NCBI GenBank assembly: GCA_050999535.1 | Contig: JBPCPD010000210.1 | Span: 1 to 31,543, forward strand | From: Thermoleophilaceae bacterium | Lineage (GTDB): Bacteria; Actinomycetota; Thermoleophilia; Solirubrobacterales; Thermoleophilaceae | Direction of reading: 5' to 3' | Length of the DNA stretch: 31,543 bases | Shown here: positions 8,277 through 15,809 of the stretch, in pieces | Numbering within the stretch: position 1 is the first letter of the stretch | Layout of the letters: each line of letters opens with the position of its first letter | Translations under genes and position numbers: made by a program | The notes under the pieces: model-generated | Told to the model about the DNA's origin: nothing | Databases searched by the model: none | The model's input: only the letters and a program-made list of their open reading frames with translations

Positions 8277-8552
8277 GTTCACCGCGCTTACTCGGGCCGA
8301 GCCCCGTGAACTTGCGTAGTCGTGACCGGCCCACGCTGGGAAGACCATGCGCCACTTAGCTCGAGGAGGCGGCTCACGGCCTGGATCCACTCACGCTGCT
8401 TCGGAGCTGCTTGGCCCTTCCATGTCGACAGCATGAAGGACGCAGCCCGAGATCGCCACGGTCGAGCACCGTGACCCAACGAGCCAGGGAGAATCTCGAG
8501 GCTCCATCCCTGGCCCAGAGGCGCTCACGCCTCGTAAGTAGTCTCGACGGGC

Positions 8553-9290
8553 GTGTACCGAGAAGACCCACCGGCCTTGGAGCTGCGCGGCCTGACCAAG
8601 CGCTACGACGACGGCACGCTCGCCGTCGAGGACTTCGATCTCGAGGTCCACGACGGCGCCTTCTTCGGCCTGCTCGGCCCCAATGGCGCCGGCAAGACGA
8701 CTGCGATCAGCGCGATCTGCAACCTGATCCGGGTCACCGCCGGCGAGGTCCGCGTCTTCGGCGAGCCGATCACCTCGCTGCGCGCGCGAAGCTGGATCGG
8801 GCTCGCCGAGCAGGACATCAACCTCGACCGCTTCCTGTCGGTGCGCGAGACGCTGACCTACCACGGCGGCTACTTCGGCATGGCCCGCGGGGAGGCGCAG
8901 GAGCGCGCCGAGGAGATGATCGACGCGTTCGACCTGCGCGCCAAGCGCGACGTGCGCGCGCCCAAGCTCTCGGGCGGCCAGCGCCGCCGGCTGCTGCTCG
9001 CCCGCGCGCTGATGCACCGTCCGCGGCTGCTGATCCTCGACGAGCCCACCGCCGGCGTGGACTTCGAGCTGCGCCAGGAGCTGTGGAGCTACATCCGCCG
9101 GTTGCACGCGGAGGGCACGACGATCCTGCTCACCACGCACTACCTCGAGGAGGCCGAGGAGCTGTGCGAGGAGATCGCGCTGATCCGCGGTGGCAAGCTG
9201 ATCGCCCGCGACAGCGCCGACGGCCTGCGCGAGCGCTACGAGGCCACCAGCCTCGCGGGCGTCTACGTCAAGGCGATGCAGGCGGGATGA
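8553..9290 (+). CDS. ABC-2 type exporter ATP-binding subunit
   Basis: Walker A GPNGAGKTT, signature LSGGQ and Walker B LILDEPT. Confidence 0.95.
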   Translation: MYREDPPALELRGLTKRYDDGTLAVEDFDLEVHDGAFFGLLGPNGAGKTTAISAICNLIRVTAGEVRVFGEPITSLRARSWIGLAEQDINLDRFLSVRETLTYHGGYFGMARGEAQERAEEMIDAFDLRAKRDVRAPKLSGGQRRRLLLARALMHRPRLLILDEPTAGVDFELRQELWSYIRRLHAEGTTILLTTHYLEEAEELCEEIALIRGGKLIARDSADGLRERYEATSLAGVYVKAMQAG

Positions 9291-10051
9291 CCGGCTACAC
9301 CGGACTGCTGTGGCTCGCCCGTCGCGAGACGCTGCGGGTGAGCAAGCTCTGGACCCAGACCGTGCTCGCGCCGATCGTCTCCTCGCTGCTGTTCATCCTC
9401 GTCTTCGGCCTGTCGCTCAGCGGCCGGATCCGCAACGTCGGCACGGTCGAGTACGACCAGTTCATCGTGCCGGGACTGATCGCGATGGCGATGGTCCAGG
9501 CCGCCTTCGCCAACAATGCCTCGACGATCTTCCAGGCGCGCTTCGACCGCTACGTCAACGACATTCTCTCGTCGCCGATGCATCCATGGCAGATGACGCT
9601 CGGCTTCGTGGTCGGCGGCGTCTACCGCGCGTTCCTGATCGGGGTCGGGCTGCTGGCGCTGGCCATCCCGCTGACCGGTGTCGGGATCGAGCGCCCGCTG
9701 GCGCTGATCGCGATCGTCGCGCTCGGGCTCGTGCTGTTCGCGGCCTTCGGCACGGTCGTCGGGATCTATGCCGAGAGCTGGGACTCGTCGAGCTTCATCG
9801 CCAACATCGTGATCCTGCCGCTGGCGTTCGTCGGCGGGACCTTCTATTCGATCGAGCTGCTGCCCAGCCCGTGGGAGGAGCTGTCGCACTTCAACCCGAT
9901 CTTCTACCTCGTGCAGGCGATGCGCTTCGGGCTGCTCGGCGAGAGCGACGTCAGCATCTGGCTCTCGCTCGCGGTGACCGCGGCGCTCGCCGTGGCTGCC
10001 TACCTGTGGGCCCAGTGGCTGTTCACGAGCGGACGCAAGCTCAAGGCGTGA
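9287..10051 (+). CDS. ABC-2 type exporter permease (YadH-like)
   Basis: ATGA overlap with the ATPase; QTVLAPIVSSLLFILVFG, FIVPGLIAM, PLAFVGGTFYS and NPIFYLV; about six hydrophobic segments. Confidence 0.93.
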   Translation: MTGYTGLLWLARRETLRVSKLWTQTVLAPIVSSLLFILVFGLSLSGRIRNVGTVEYDQFIVPGLIAMAMVQAAFANNASTIFQARFDRYVNDILSSPMHPWQMTLGFVVGGVYRAFLIGVGLLALAIPLTGVGIERPLALIAIVALGLVLFAAFGTVVGIYAESWDSSSFIANIVILPLAFVGGTFYSIELLPSPWEELSHFNPIFYLVQAMRFGLLGESDVSIWLSLAVTAALAVAAYLWAQWLFTSGRKLKA

Positions 10052-10064
10052 GGACGTCGGTGCG

Positions 10065-10736
10065 GTGAGCGGCCTCGCGGAGCTCGAGGCCGAGATCATC
10101 GCCTGCCGGGCCTGCCCGCGGCTGGTCGAGTGGCGCGAGCGCGTCGCGCGCGAGAAGCGCGCGGCCTTCCGCGACGAGCGGTACTGGGGGAGGCCCGTTC
10201 CGGGCTTCGGCGACCCCGAGGCGCGCGTATACGTGCTCGGCCTCGCGCCCGCGGCCCACGGCGGCAACCGCACCGGCCGCGTGTTCACCGGCGACCGCTC
10301 GGCGGACTGGCTCTTCGCCGCGATGCACCGCGCCGGGTTCGCCAACCAAGCGGAGTCGGTTCACGTCGACGATGGCCTGCGCCTGCATGAGGCCTTCGTC
10401 GCCGCCGCGGTTCGCTGTGCCCCGCCGGCCAATAAGCCGCTGCCGGCCGAGCGCGACAACTGCCTCCCGTACGCGCGGCGCGAGCTGGCGCTGCTGTCCT
10501 CTGTGCGCGTGATCCTCTGCCTCGGCGGCTTCGGCTGGGACGCCGCGCTGCGCCTGACCGCTGGCGCCACGCGGCCGCGGCCAAAGTTCGGCCACGGCGC
10601 CGAGCACGAGCTCGCCGACGGTCGCGTGCTGCTGGGCAGCTACCACCCCAGCCAGCAGAACACCTTCACCGGCAGGCTGACCGAGGCGATGCTCGACGAG
10701 GTGATGGCGCGAGCGCGGGCGCTGGCAGCCGGTTGA
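10065..10736 (+). CDS. udgB: uracil-DNA glycosylase family 5 (4Fe-4S)
   Basis: CRACPRL, GLAPAAHGGNRTGRVFTGD (family-5 motif A), RCAPPANKP and YHPSQQN. Confidence 0.92.
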   Translation: MSGLAELEAEIIACRACPRLVEWRERVAREKRAAFRDERYWGRPVPGFGDPEARVYVLGLAPAAHGGNRTGRVFTGDRSADWLFAAMHRAGFANQAESVHVDDGLRLHEAFVAAAVRCAPPANKPLPAERDNCLPYARRELALLSSVRVILCLGGFGWDAALRLTAGATRPRPKFGHGAEHELADGRVLLGSYHPSQQNTFTGRLTEAMLDEVMARARALAAG

Positions 10737-10758
10737 CCCTCCGCCGCGGCGGAGCCCG

Positions 10759-11511
10759 CTACGGCAGCCGCACCGACTGCGCCAGGCGCCGGTAGCCCGC
10801 CACCGACGGATGGTCGCCGTCGTCGGTCAGGTCCGCGCGCATGCGCCCAGGCGCGTCCGGGTCCTCGAGCGCCTGGTACCACGGATAGACGGGAACGTCG
10901 AGCTGCTCGCCGATCTCCCCGATCAGGCGGTTGAGCTCGTCGATCGGCTCGGCGGCGCGCGGGTAGCCGTTGGTCCACGGCAGCACCTCGACGAGCGCGA
11001 CGCGCAGGCCGAGCCGGCGCCCGCGGCGCACCATCGCGCGCAGGTTCGCGGCCGCCTTCGCCACGCTGCGCCGCTGGGCGATGTCGTTGATCCCGCCCTG
11101 CACGATCAGCACCTCGGCGCCCTCCGCGCAGCCCTCCAGCCGCGCGGCGATCTCGTCGGTGCGCTCGCCGAAGGCGCCGCAGTTGCGGAAGACCACGTCG
11201 TCAAGCCGGCGCGCGGCCCAGAACTGGTACTGGCTCTCACGGTCGGCGCTGCTGGCGAGCGTCGCGCGGATCGCCGGATCGGGATCCCACAGCGGCGAGC
11301 CAGCCGTGATCGAGTCGCCGAGCGCCGCGACCTTCGTGGCCCCCTCGGGGATGGGACGGTCACCGAGCTCGACGTCCTCGCGCGGCACGCCGGCGCCACC
11401 GCCACTGTTCCCGCCGCTACCTCCGCCGCCGTCGCCGTCGCCGTCGCCCCCGCCACAGCCGATCGCGGCGAGGCAGAGCACGAGCCAGATCACGAGCAGG
11501 GGCGCCCTCAC
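10759..11511 (-). CDS. SGNH/GDSL hydrolase, probable lipoprotein
   Basis: GDSITAG (block I), QGGINDI (block III) and DGDHP (block V). Hydrophobic N-terminus ending LAAIGC, then a Gly-rich linker. Confidence 0.88.
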   Translation of the reverse strand: MRAPLLVIWLVLCLAAIGCGGGDGDGDGGGGSGGNSGGGAGVPREDVELGDRPIPEGATKVAALGDSITAGSPLWDPDPAIRATLASSADRESQYQFWAARRLDDVVFRNCGAFGERTDEIAARLEGCAEGAEVLIVQGGINDIAQRRSVAKAAANLRAMVRRGRRLGLRVALVEVLPWTNGYPRAAEPIDELNRLIGEIGEQLDVPVYPWYQALEDPDAPGRMRADLTDDGDHPSVAGYRRLAQSVRLP

Positions 11512-11577
11512 CGGCTCGACCCTAGAGCGCCCGGCGCTCCGTCGGCGACATCGCTATGGTGCCCGGCTGTCGTCAAG

Positions 11578-11735
11578 AGTCCAGCCGAGTCCCTGGTGCG
11601 CAGATCGCCCGGGGAACGGGGGAACCATTGGGGCCACAGCGGCCCCGGGGGCCAATCGCCGGACCTGAGCAGGGATCCGGCGTCGCGCAGCTCTTTCCGC
11701 GCGCGCCCGACAGCTAACCCCGCAGGCGTGAGAAA
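11578..11735 (+). ncRNA. c-di-AMP riboswitch (ydaO-yuaA class)
   Basis: GCCGAGTCC...GGAACGGGGGAACCA-TTGGGG at the 5' side and CCCGACAGCTAACCCCGCAGGCGT at the 3' side match recalled ydaO consensus blocks. It sits in the 5' UTR of a cell-wall hydrolase, the usual actinobacterial context. Confidence 0.85.
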
Positions 11736-11755
11736 GAGAAGGGAACCAAGCTTCC

Positions 11756-12535
11756 ATGTCAGACCGTCCCCGCTGCGCCCGTAAGCGCGCGGCACTGCTG
11801 GCCGCCCTGTCGGTCGCGGCCCTGCCGCTGACCGTGCCCGCCATCGCCTCCGCGGATCTCGGTGACGAGACGCTGAAGCGCGGCGACCGCGGCTCCGACG
11901 TGCGCGAGCTCCAGCGCAGCCTCAACGGCGCCGGCTACCGCACCTCGGTCGACGGCCAGTTCGGCCGCCATACGCTCAAGCGCGTGCGTGCCTTCGAGGG
12001 CAACGAGCAGCTGCGCGTCGACGGCAAGGTCACGCCGCCCGATGCCGAGGTCCTCGAGCAGGCCGCCGCGGAGCCCGAGCAGGAGCTGCCGACCGAGGAG
12101 GCCCCCCCGACCGAGACGCCCGGCTCGAAGGCGACGCTCACCGACGACGGCCTCGCCGTCGCCCCCGCCGACGCGCCGCAGGAGGTCCAGGAGGTGATCG
12201 CGGCCGGCAACGAGATCGCGAAGAGCCCCTACGTCTACGGCGGCGGACATGGCGAGAAGCTCGAGGACGACGGCTACGACTGCTCGGGCTCGATGAGCTA
12301 CGCGCTGCGCAAGGCCGGCCTGCAGGAGGGCGCCCTGGCTTCGGGTGGCTACACGAGCTTCGGCGAGAGCGGCCGCGGCGAGTGGATCACCACCCGCGCC
12401 AACTCCGGGCACTCGTACATGATGGTCGCGGGCCTGCGCTTCGACACCAGCGCGCGCAAGCAGACCGGAACCCGCTGGTCGGATGAGCCCCGCTCCGGGC
12501 GCGGTTACGTCGGTCGTCACCCCGAGGGCTTCTAG
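11756..12535 (+). CDS. secreted peptidoglycan-binding protein with NlpC/P60-like cysteine hydrolase domain
   Basis: Signal peptide ending AIASA; PG_binding_1 (LKRGDRGSDVRELQRSL...DGQFG); PYVYGGGHG...YDCSGSMSYAL...GHSYM. Confidence 0.88.
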   Translation: MSDRPRCARKRAALLAALSVAALPLTVPAIASADLGDETLKRGDRGSDVRELQRSLNGAGYRTSVDGQFGRHTLKRVRAFEGNEQLRVDGKVTPPDAEVLEQAAAEPEQELPTEEAPPTETPGSKATLTDDGLAVAPADAPQEVQEVIAAGNEIAKSPYVYGGGHGEKLEDDGYDCSGSMSYALRKAGLQEGALASGGYTSFGESGRGEWITTRANSGHSYMMVAGLRFDTSARKQTGTRWSDEPRSGRGYVGRHPEGF

Positions 12536-12628
12536 CGCCCGCCCGGGGTGGGGCGTGCCGTCCAACCCGGGCGCGCGGCCGGCCCACCCGGATGTGCCGC
12601 CCAACCCCCGTGAACCGGCAACGGGTTC

Positions 12629-13123
12629 TCAGCCGGCCGCGCCGGCGAACGCGTCACGCCCGGCCGCGACGCGGTGCGGCTCGAGCTCCGCGCTCTGGCG
12701 ACGGGCACGATCGGCGAGCGACTCGAAGCCGAAGGCCGCCAGGCGCGAGTCCTGCAGCTCGGAAAGGGCGCGCCACAGCGAGACCTTGCCGGTGATCCCC
12801 AGCTCGAGGCCCTCGAGCTCGATCACGCGGCTGAGCGGCGACTGACCGGTGAGCTGGCCGTTGAGCTTGAGCCGGCCGACCTTCTCCCCGACCCACGCCA
12901 GCCGCGCCTTGAACGGATCGCGCTTGGCGCCGACGGCCTCCATGATCGCGGCGAGCGTGTTGCGGTCCTCCTCGATCTCGCCCGCGAGCCGGTGCAGCAG
13001 GCCGCCGAGCTCGCTGCCCTTGTTGCCGGCACGCGCGCGCCGCGCGAGCTCGACCGCGGCGGTCGAACCGGCGAAGTGGTCGTTGAGGTAGATGGCGAGC
13101 AGGGTGTGTGCGCTGGCGACCAT
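12629..13123 (-). CDS. hypothetical protein, actinobacterial helical (ferritin-like?) type
   Basis: LAIYLNDHFAGSTAAVELARR...EKVGRLKLNG...LSRVIELEGLELGITGK; strong codon bias. Start ATG 13123. Confidence 0.75.
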   Translation of the reverse strand: MVASAHTLLAIYLNDHFAGSTAAVELARRARAGNKGSELGGLLHRLAGEIEEDRNTLAAIMEAVGAKRDPFKARLAWVGEKVGRLKLNGQLTGQSPLSRVIELEGLELGITGKVSLWRALSELQDSRLAAFGFESLADRARRQSAELEPHRVAAGRDAFAGAAG

Positions 13124-13195
13124 GGTCGGGGCATACCCTACCCGGGGGTCCCCTCGCGCCAGCCATCCGGCCAGCGTGGGCCGTAGCCTGCTCGC

Positions 13196-13492
13196 GTGGC
13201 CCAGGACGCGTTCGTCTACCTGCTGCGCTGCGGCGACGGCAGCCTGTACTGCGGCTGGACGACCGACCTCGACCGCCGCGTCGGCCAGCACCGGGCCGGC
13301 ATTGCCAGCCGCTACACGCGCTCGCGCCAGCCGGTGGAGCTCGCGTGGTCGGTCACGGTGAGCTCGCGCGGCGAGGCGATGAGCGAGGAGGCGCGAATCA
13401 AGCGCCTGCCGCGGACCGAGAAGCTGGTGCTGGTGCGCGCGGCTCGGATCAGCGGCTCGACATGCAGCGGGCCACGCCTTGGCGGGGCGTGA
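13196..13492 (+). CDS. GIY-YIG nuclease family protein (YazA/UPF0213-like)
   Basis: FVYLLRCGDGSLYCGWTTDLDRRVGQH...YTRSRQPV...EEARIKRL. TAGCCT -10 box 6 nt before the GTG. Confidence 0.9.
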   Translation: MAQDAFVYLLRCGDGSLYCGWTTDLDRRVGQHRAGIASRYTRSRQPVELAWSVTVSSRGEAMSEEARIKRLPRTEKLVLVRAARISGSTCSGPRLGGA

Positions 13493-13775
13493 GGTCCCCG
13501 GCGGCGACCTTGTAGGCGATCGTGTCGGCGTAGTCGCCGCCGTCACGGGTGCGCTTGGCCGCCTGTCTCGGCGTCACGTCCATGTCGGTGAGGGCGCGGG
13601 CCGTGGCCGCGTCGAAGCAGCGCGCCTCCAGCCACCGGCCGGTCATCGCGTCGTCGAAGCCGGCGTCGGTCCACGCCTGCGCGGCCTCGGCGGGGTCGCC
13701 GCCGCGGTCGGCGAGCGCGCCGTAGCGTCTTATGGTCTCCGCGCCGGTCCTGGACTCGGGCTCGTAGATCTCCAC
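13449..13775 (-). CDS. hypothetical protein
   Basis: GAGGAG ribosome-binding site 5 nt before GTG 13775, strong GC3 bias; its 3' end overlaps the GIY-YIG gene by 44 nt. Confidence 0.65.
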   Translation of the reverse strand: MEIYEPESRTGAETIRRYGALADRGGDPAEAAQAWTDAGFDDAMTGRWLEARCFDAATARALTDMDVTPRQAAKRTRDGGDYADTIAYKVAAGDLTPRQGVARCMSSR

Positions 13776-13869
13776 GTCATCTCCTCATGGCATGTGTCCG
13801 CCAAACCCCCGCTCGGCAGGTGCGACGATGCCTCGTCGAGGCGCCCGCCCACGCGTGGGGTGTGGCGCC

Positions 13870-14124
13870 TCAGCCCGTGAGCGTGCCGACCTGTGTGCGC
13901 ACCTGGTCGGCGAGCTCGCTGATCTTCCTGCTCGCCTGCTCGCGCTGCTGCTCGTCGGCCTGGGCGTAGAAGGCCGCGGCGCCGCCGGCCACCGCCACCA
14001 GACCCAGCAACGGGCGCGGGATGCCGCGCTTGCGGCCGGACCGCCCTCCGAGAGCCTTCAGGTTCGAGTCCACGATCGACTCGACCACCTGACCTGCCTG
14101 CTCTGCAATCTTGTCTACTTTCAC
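13870..14124 (-). CDS. small hypothetical protein with one hydrophobic segment
   Basis: Purine-rich RBS (GAGGGGGAG) before GTG 14124 (alternative ATG 14139); LLGLVAVAGGAAAFY segment followed by a helical tail. Confidence 0.55.
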   Translation of the reverse strand: MKVDKIAEQAGQVVESIVDSNLKALGGRSGRKRGIPRPLLGLVAVAGGAAAFYAQADEQQREQASRKISELADQVRTQVGTLTG

Positions 14125-14275
14125 CAATCTCCCCCTCATACGACCGTGGTTGGGTCCTCTGCCACGCTCACCCTACCCTCCACCCCGCCACGACTCAACC
14201 GGCCGCGCGAATGAACGGGTGAGCGTCAGCTCGATGACCCGTTCCCAGGTCCCTTCAGCAGCGATCCGCTGTCCC

Positions 14276-14344
14276 CTACGACGAAAAGTGTCTGGGAGAC
14301 AAGGCCCTTGCCTGACAGACAGTTTCCTTGTCGTAGTGCAGAGG
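14276..14344. repeat. long imperfect palindrome (REP/MITE-like element), copy 2
   Basis: CTACGAC (14276-14282)/GTCGTAG (14330-14336) arms with TGTCTG/CAGACA inside. Right arm TTTCCTTGTCGTAGTGCAGAGG closely matches copy 1 TTTCTTGTCGTAGCGCAGAGG. Confidence 0.75.
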
Positions 14345-14629
14345 TCTCGGGGGTTACGCGGCGTGAGGCGCGAGGCGAACGCCGCGACGATGAGGACTTC
14401 CGCGCCCGCGCCCGCGAGGCGGTCATGGGGTCGATCTACGACGAGTCTTTGGAGGGCTCGCAGCCCGGGACCTGATCGAGCTCAGGGGTCTACGGGGGAG
14501 GAGGCGCCCGTGGCCACCACAAGTGTGGGGTGGCGCGGCATCCGCCGCTACCATCACCGCGTTGGGGGTGCCAGCGCTTGCGATCTGAGTCGAGGTTCCG
14601 CCGTCGGGCGAGCACGGGGTGCCCGGTAG

Positions 14630-15481
14630 ATGAGCGTGGCTGGTCGCGAACGACGGGGGAGGCGTGGAGCTGCCGGCCGTGATCGGCGCGGCGTGGGCGC
14701 GAAGCGTGGCGTGGGCGCCGGAGTGCTCGTGGCGTTGGTCGCTGCGGTCCCGGCCACCGCATCGGGGACATCGGAGTCCGAGATTCTCGACGCGCTCGAG
14801 GTCAGGGGAGAGCCGGGCGCGACGATCGGTCCGGTGCGCCCGCGTCAGGCCGCGGGCGGCTACGTCGCCAAGGTGTTGTACCGCGTGCAGGCGCGGCGCT
14901 CGCCGGGGCGCGGGCGGGTGGTGTCGCGCGTTTCGACGGAATCGCTGTACTCACGCAACGCGACCCGACTCATGGTGCTGGGCGCGCGTCGGGATGCCCG
15001 CGGTCGGCCGTGGCTTGAGGTCCAGCTACCCGTCCGGCCGAACGGCACCACCGGATGGATTCCGGCCGACGCGGCCCTCGTCCGCCGCTCGGGCTGGTTC
15101 GTCCGGGTGCGTCTGAGGCCACGCACCGTGTCCGTGTTTCGGGCGGGACGTCTGGTCAGAGGGACCCGCGCGGTCGTGGGTACGTCACGTACGCCGACCC
15201 CGCAGGGACTCTTCGCGATCTACGAGAAGGCGCGGCGTTCGGACCCCGAAGACTTCCTGGGCCCCTGGGCACTGCATCTGACCGCCTTCTCAGAGGTTCT
15301 CTACAACTTCGGCGGCGGCACAGGGCGCGTTGCCATCCACGGTCGGGGCCCCGAGTCACGCGCGCAGGCCGGACTGGGCACCGCGGCCTCCCACGGGTGC
15401 ATCCGGGTGGACAACGGGCCGATCCGCCGGATGGCCGGCCGCTTGCCCCCGGGCACCCCGGTGCGCATCACCGGGCGCTGA
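14630..15481 (+). CDS. L,D-transpeptidase family (YkuD) protein
   Basis: GTSRTPTPQGLF, AIHG and SHGCIRV catalytic motif; hydrophobic segment GVLVALVAAVPATASG. Start position uncertain. Confidence 0.9.
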   Translation: MSVAGRERRGRRGAAGRDRRGVGAKRGVGAGVLVALVAAVPATASGTSESEILDALEVRGEPGATIGPVRPRQAAGGYVAKVLYRVQARRSPGRGRVVSRVSTESLYSRNATRLMVLGARRDARGRPWLEVQLPVRPNGTTGWIPADAALVRRSGWFVRVRLRPRTVSVFRAGRLVRGTRAVVGTSRTPTPQGLFAIYEKARRSDPEDFLGPWALHLTAFSEVLYNFGGGTGRVAIHGRGPESRAQAGLGTAASHGCIRVDNGPIRRMAGRLPPGTPVRITGR

Positions 15482-15750
15482 TCCATGGCTGCGCCTGGGC
15501 CCGTCTCAGTCTGGTGGCCGAGCGCGGTGACGGCGGCGCGCACGGGTCGGTCGATGCCTTCACGGTCCTCAGCGTCACCCCGAGGGAGGGTCACGAACAG
15601 GCCTCGGCGGGGGGGTCGTACTCAACGCGTTCGCCAGCGCGGGTCGCTCGCGGTCAGTTGGCCTGGACGAGCGCCTCGGCGCGGTACGTACCTCGCCGTG
15701 GTCTGAATCGCGACCCTACGGCCTCGGCTTCGGCGAGGCGCTCCTTGTCA

Positions 15751-15790
15751 CGCCCGCCCGCACCGCGCAGGACGCGCGGCCGGGCGGGCG
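15751..15790 (-). terminator. GC-rich stem-loop downstream of the protease gene
   Basis: CGCCCGCCCG (15751-15760) pairs perfectly with CGGGCGGGCG (15781-15790), with an inner CCGCGC/GCGCGG stem; about 20 nt past the stop at 15810. No U-tract. Confidence 0.55.
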
Positions 15791-15809
15791 GGGTGCTCGA
15801 ACTACTGGC

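Noticed and set aside
12541-12607. GTGCCGYCCAACCC direct repeat (12555, 12594) and GCCCGGG/CCCGGGC hairpin after the NlpC/P60-like gene
   Set aside because: Only two short copies in GC-rich DNA between convergent genes; most likely a terminator or chance.
2605-14344. The two palindromes as ends of one 11.7-kb composite transposon
   Set aside because: The enclosed DNA includes core rmlD/rmlB and udgB, and has no transposase or target-site duplication.
15540-15640. Minus-strand RVEYDPPAEA/LFVTL fragment reminiscent of DUF2283 starts
   Set aside because: It requires a frameshift, has no start or RBS, and the similarity is too short to support.
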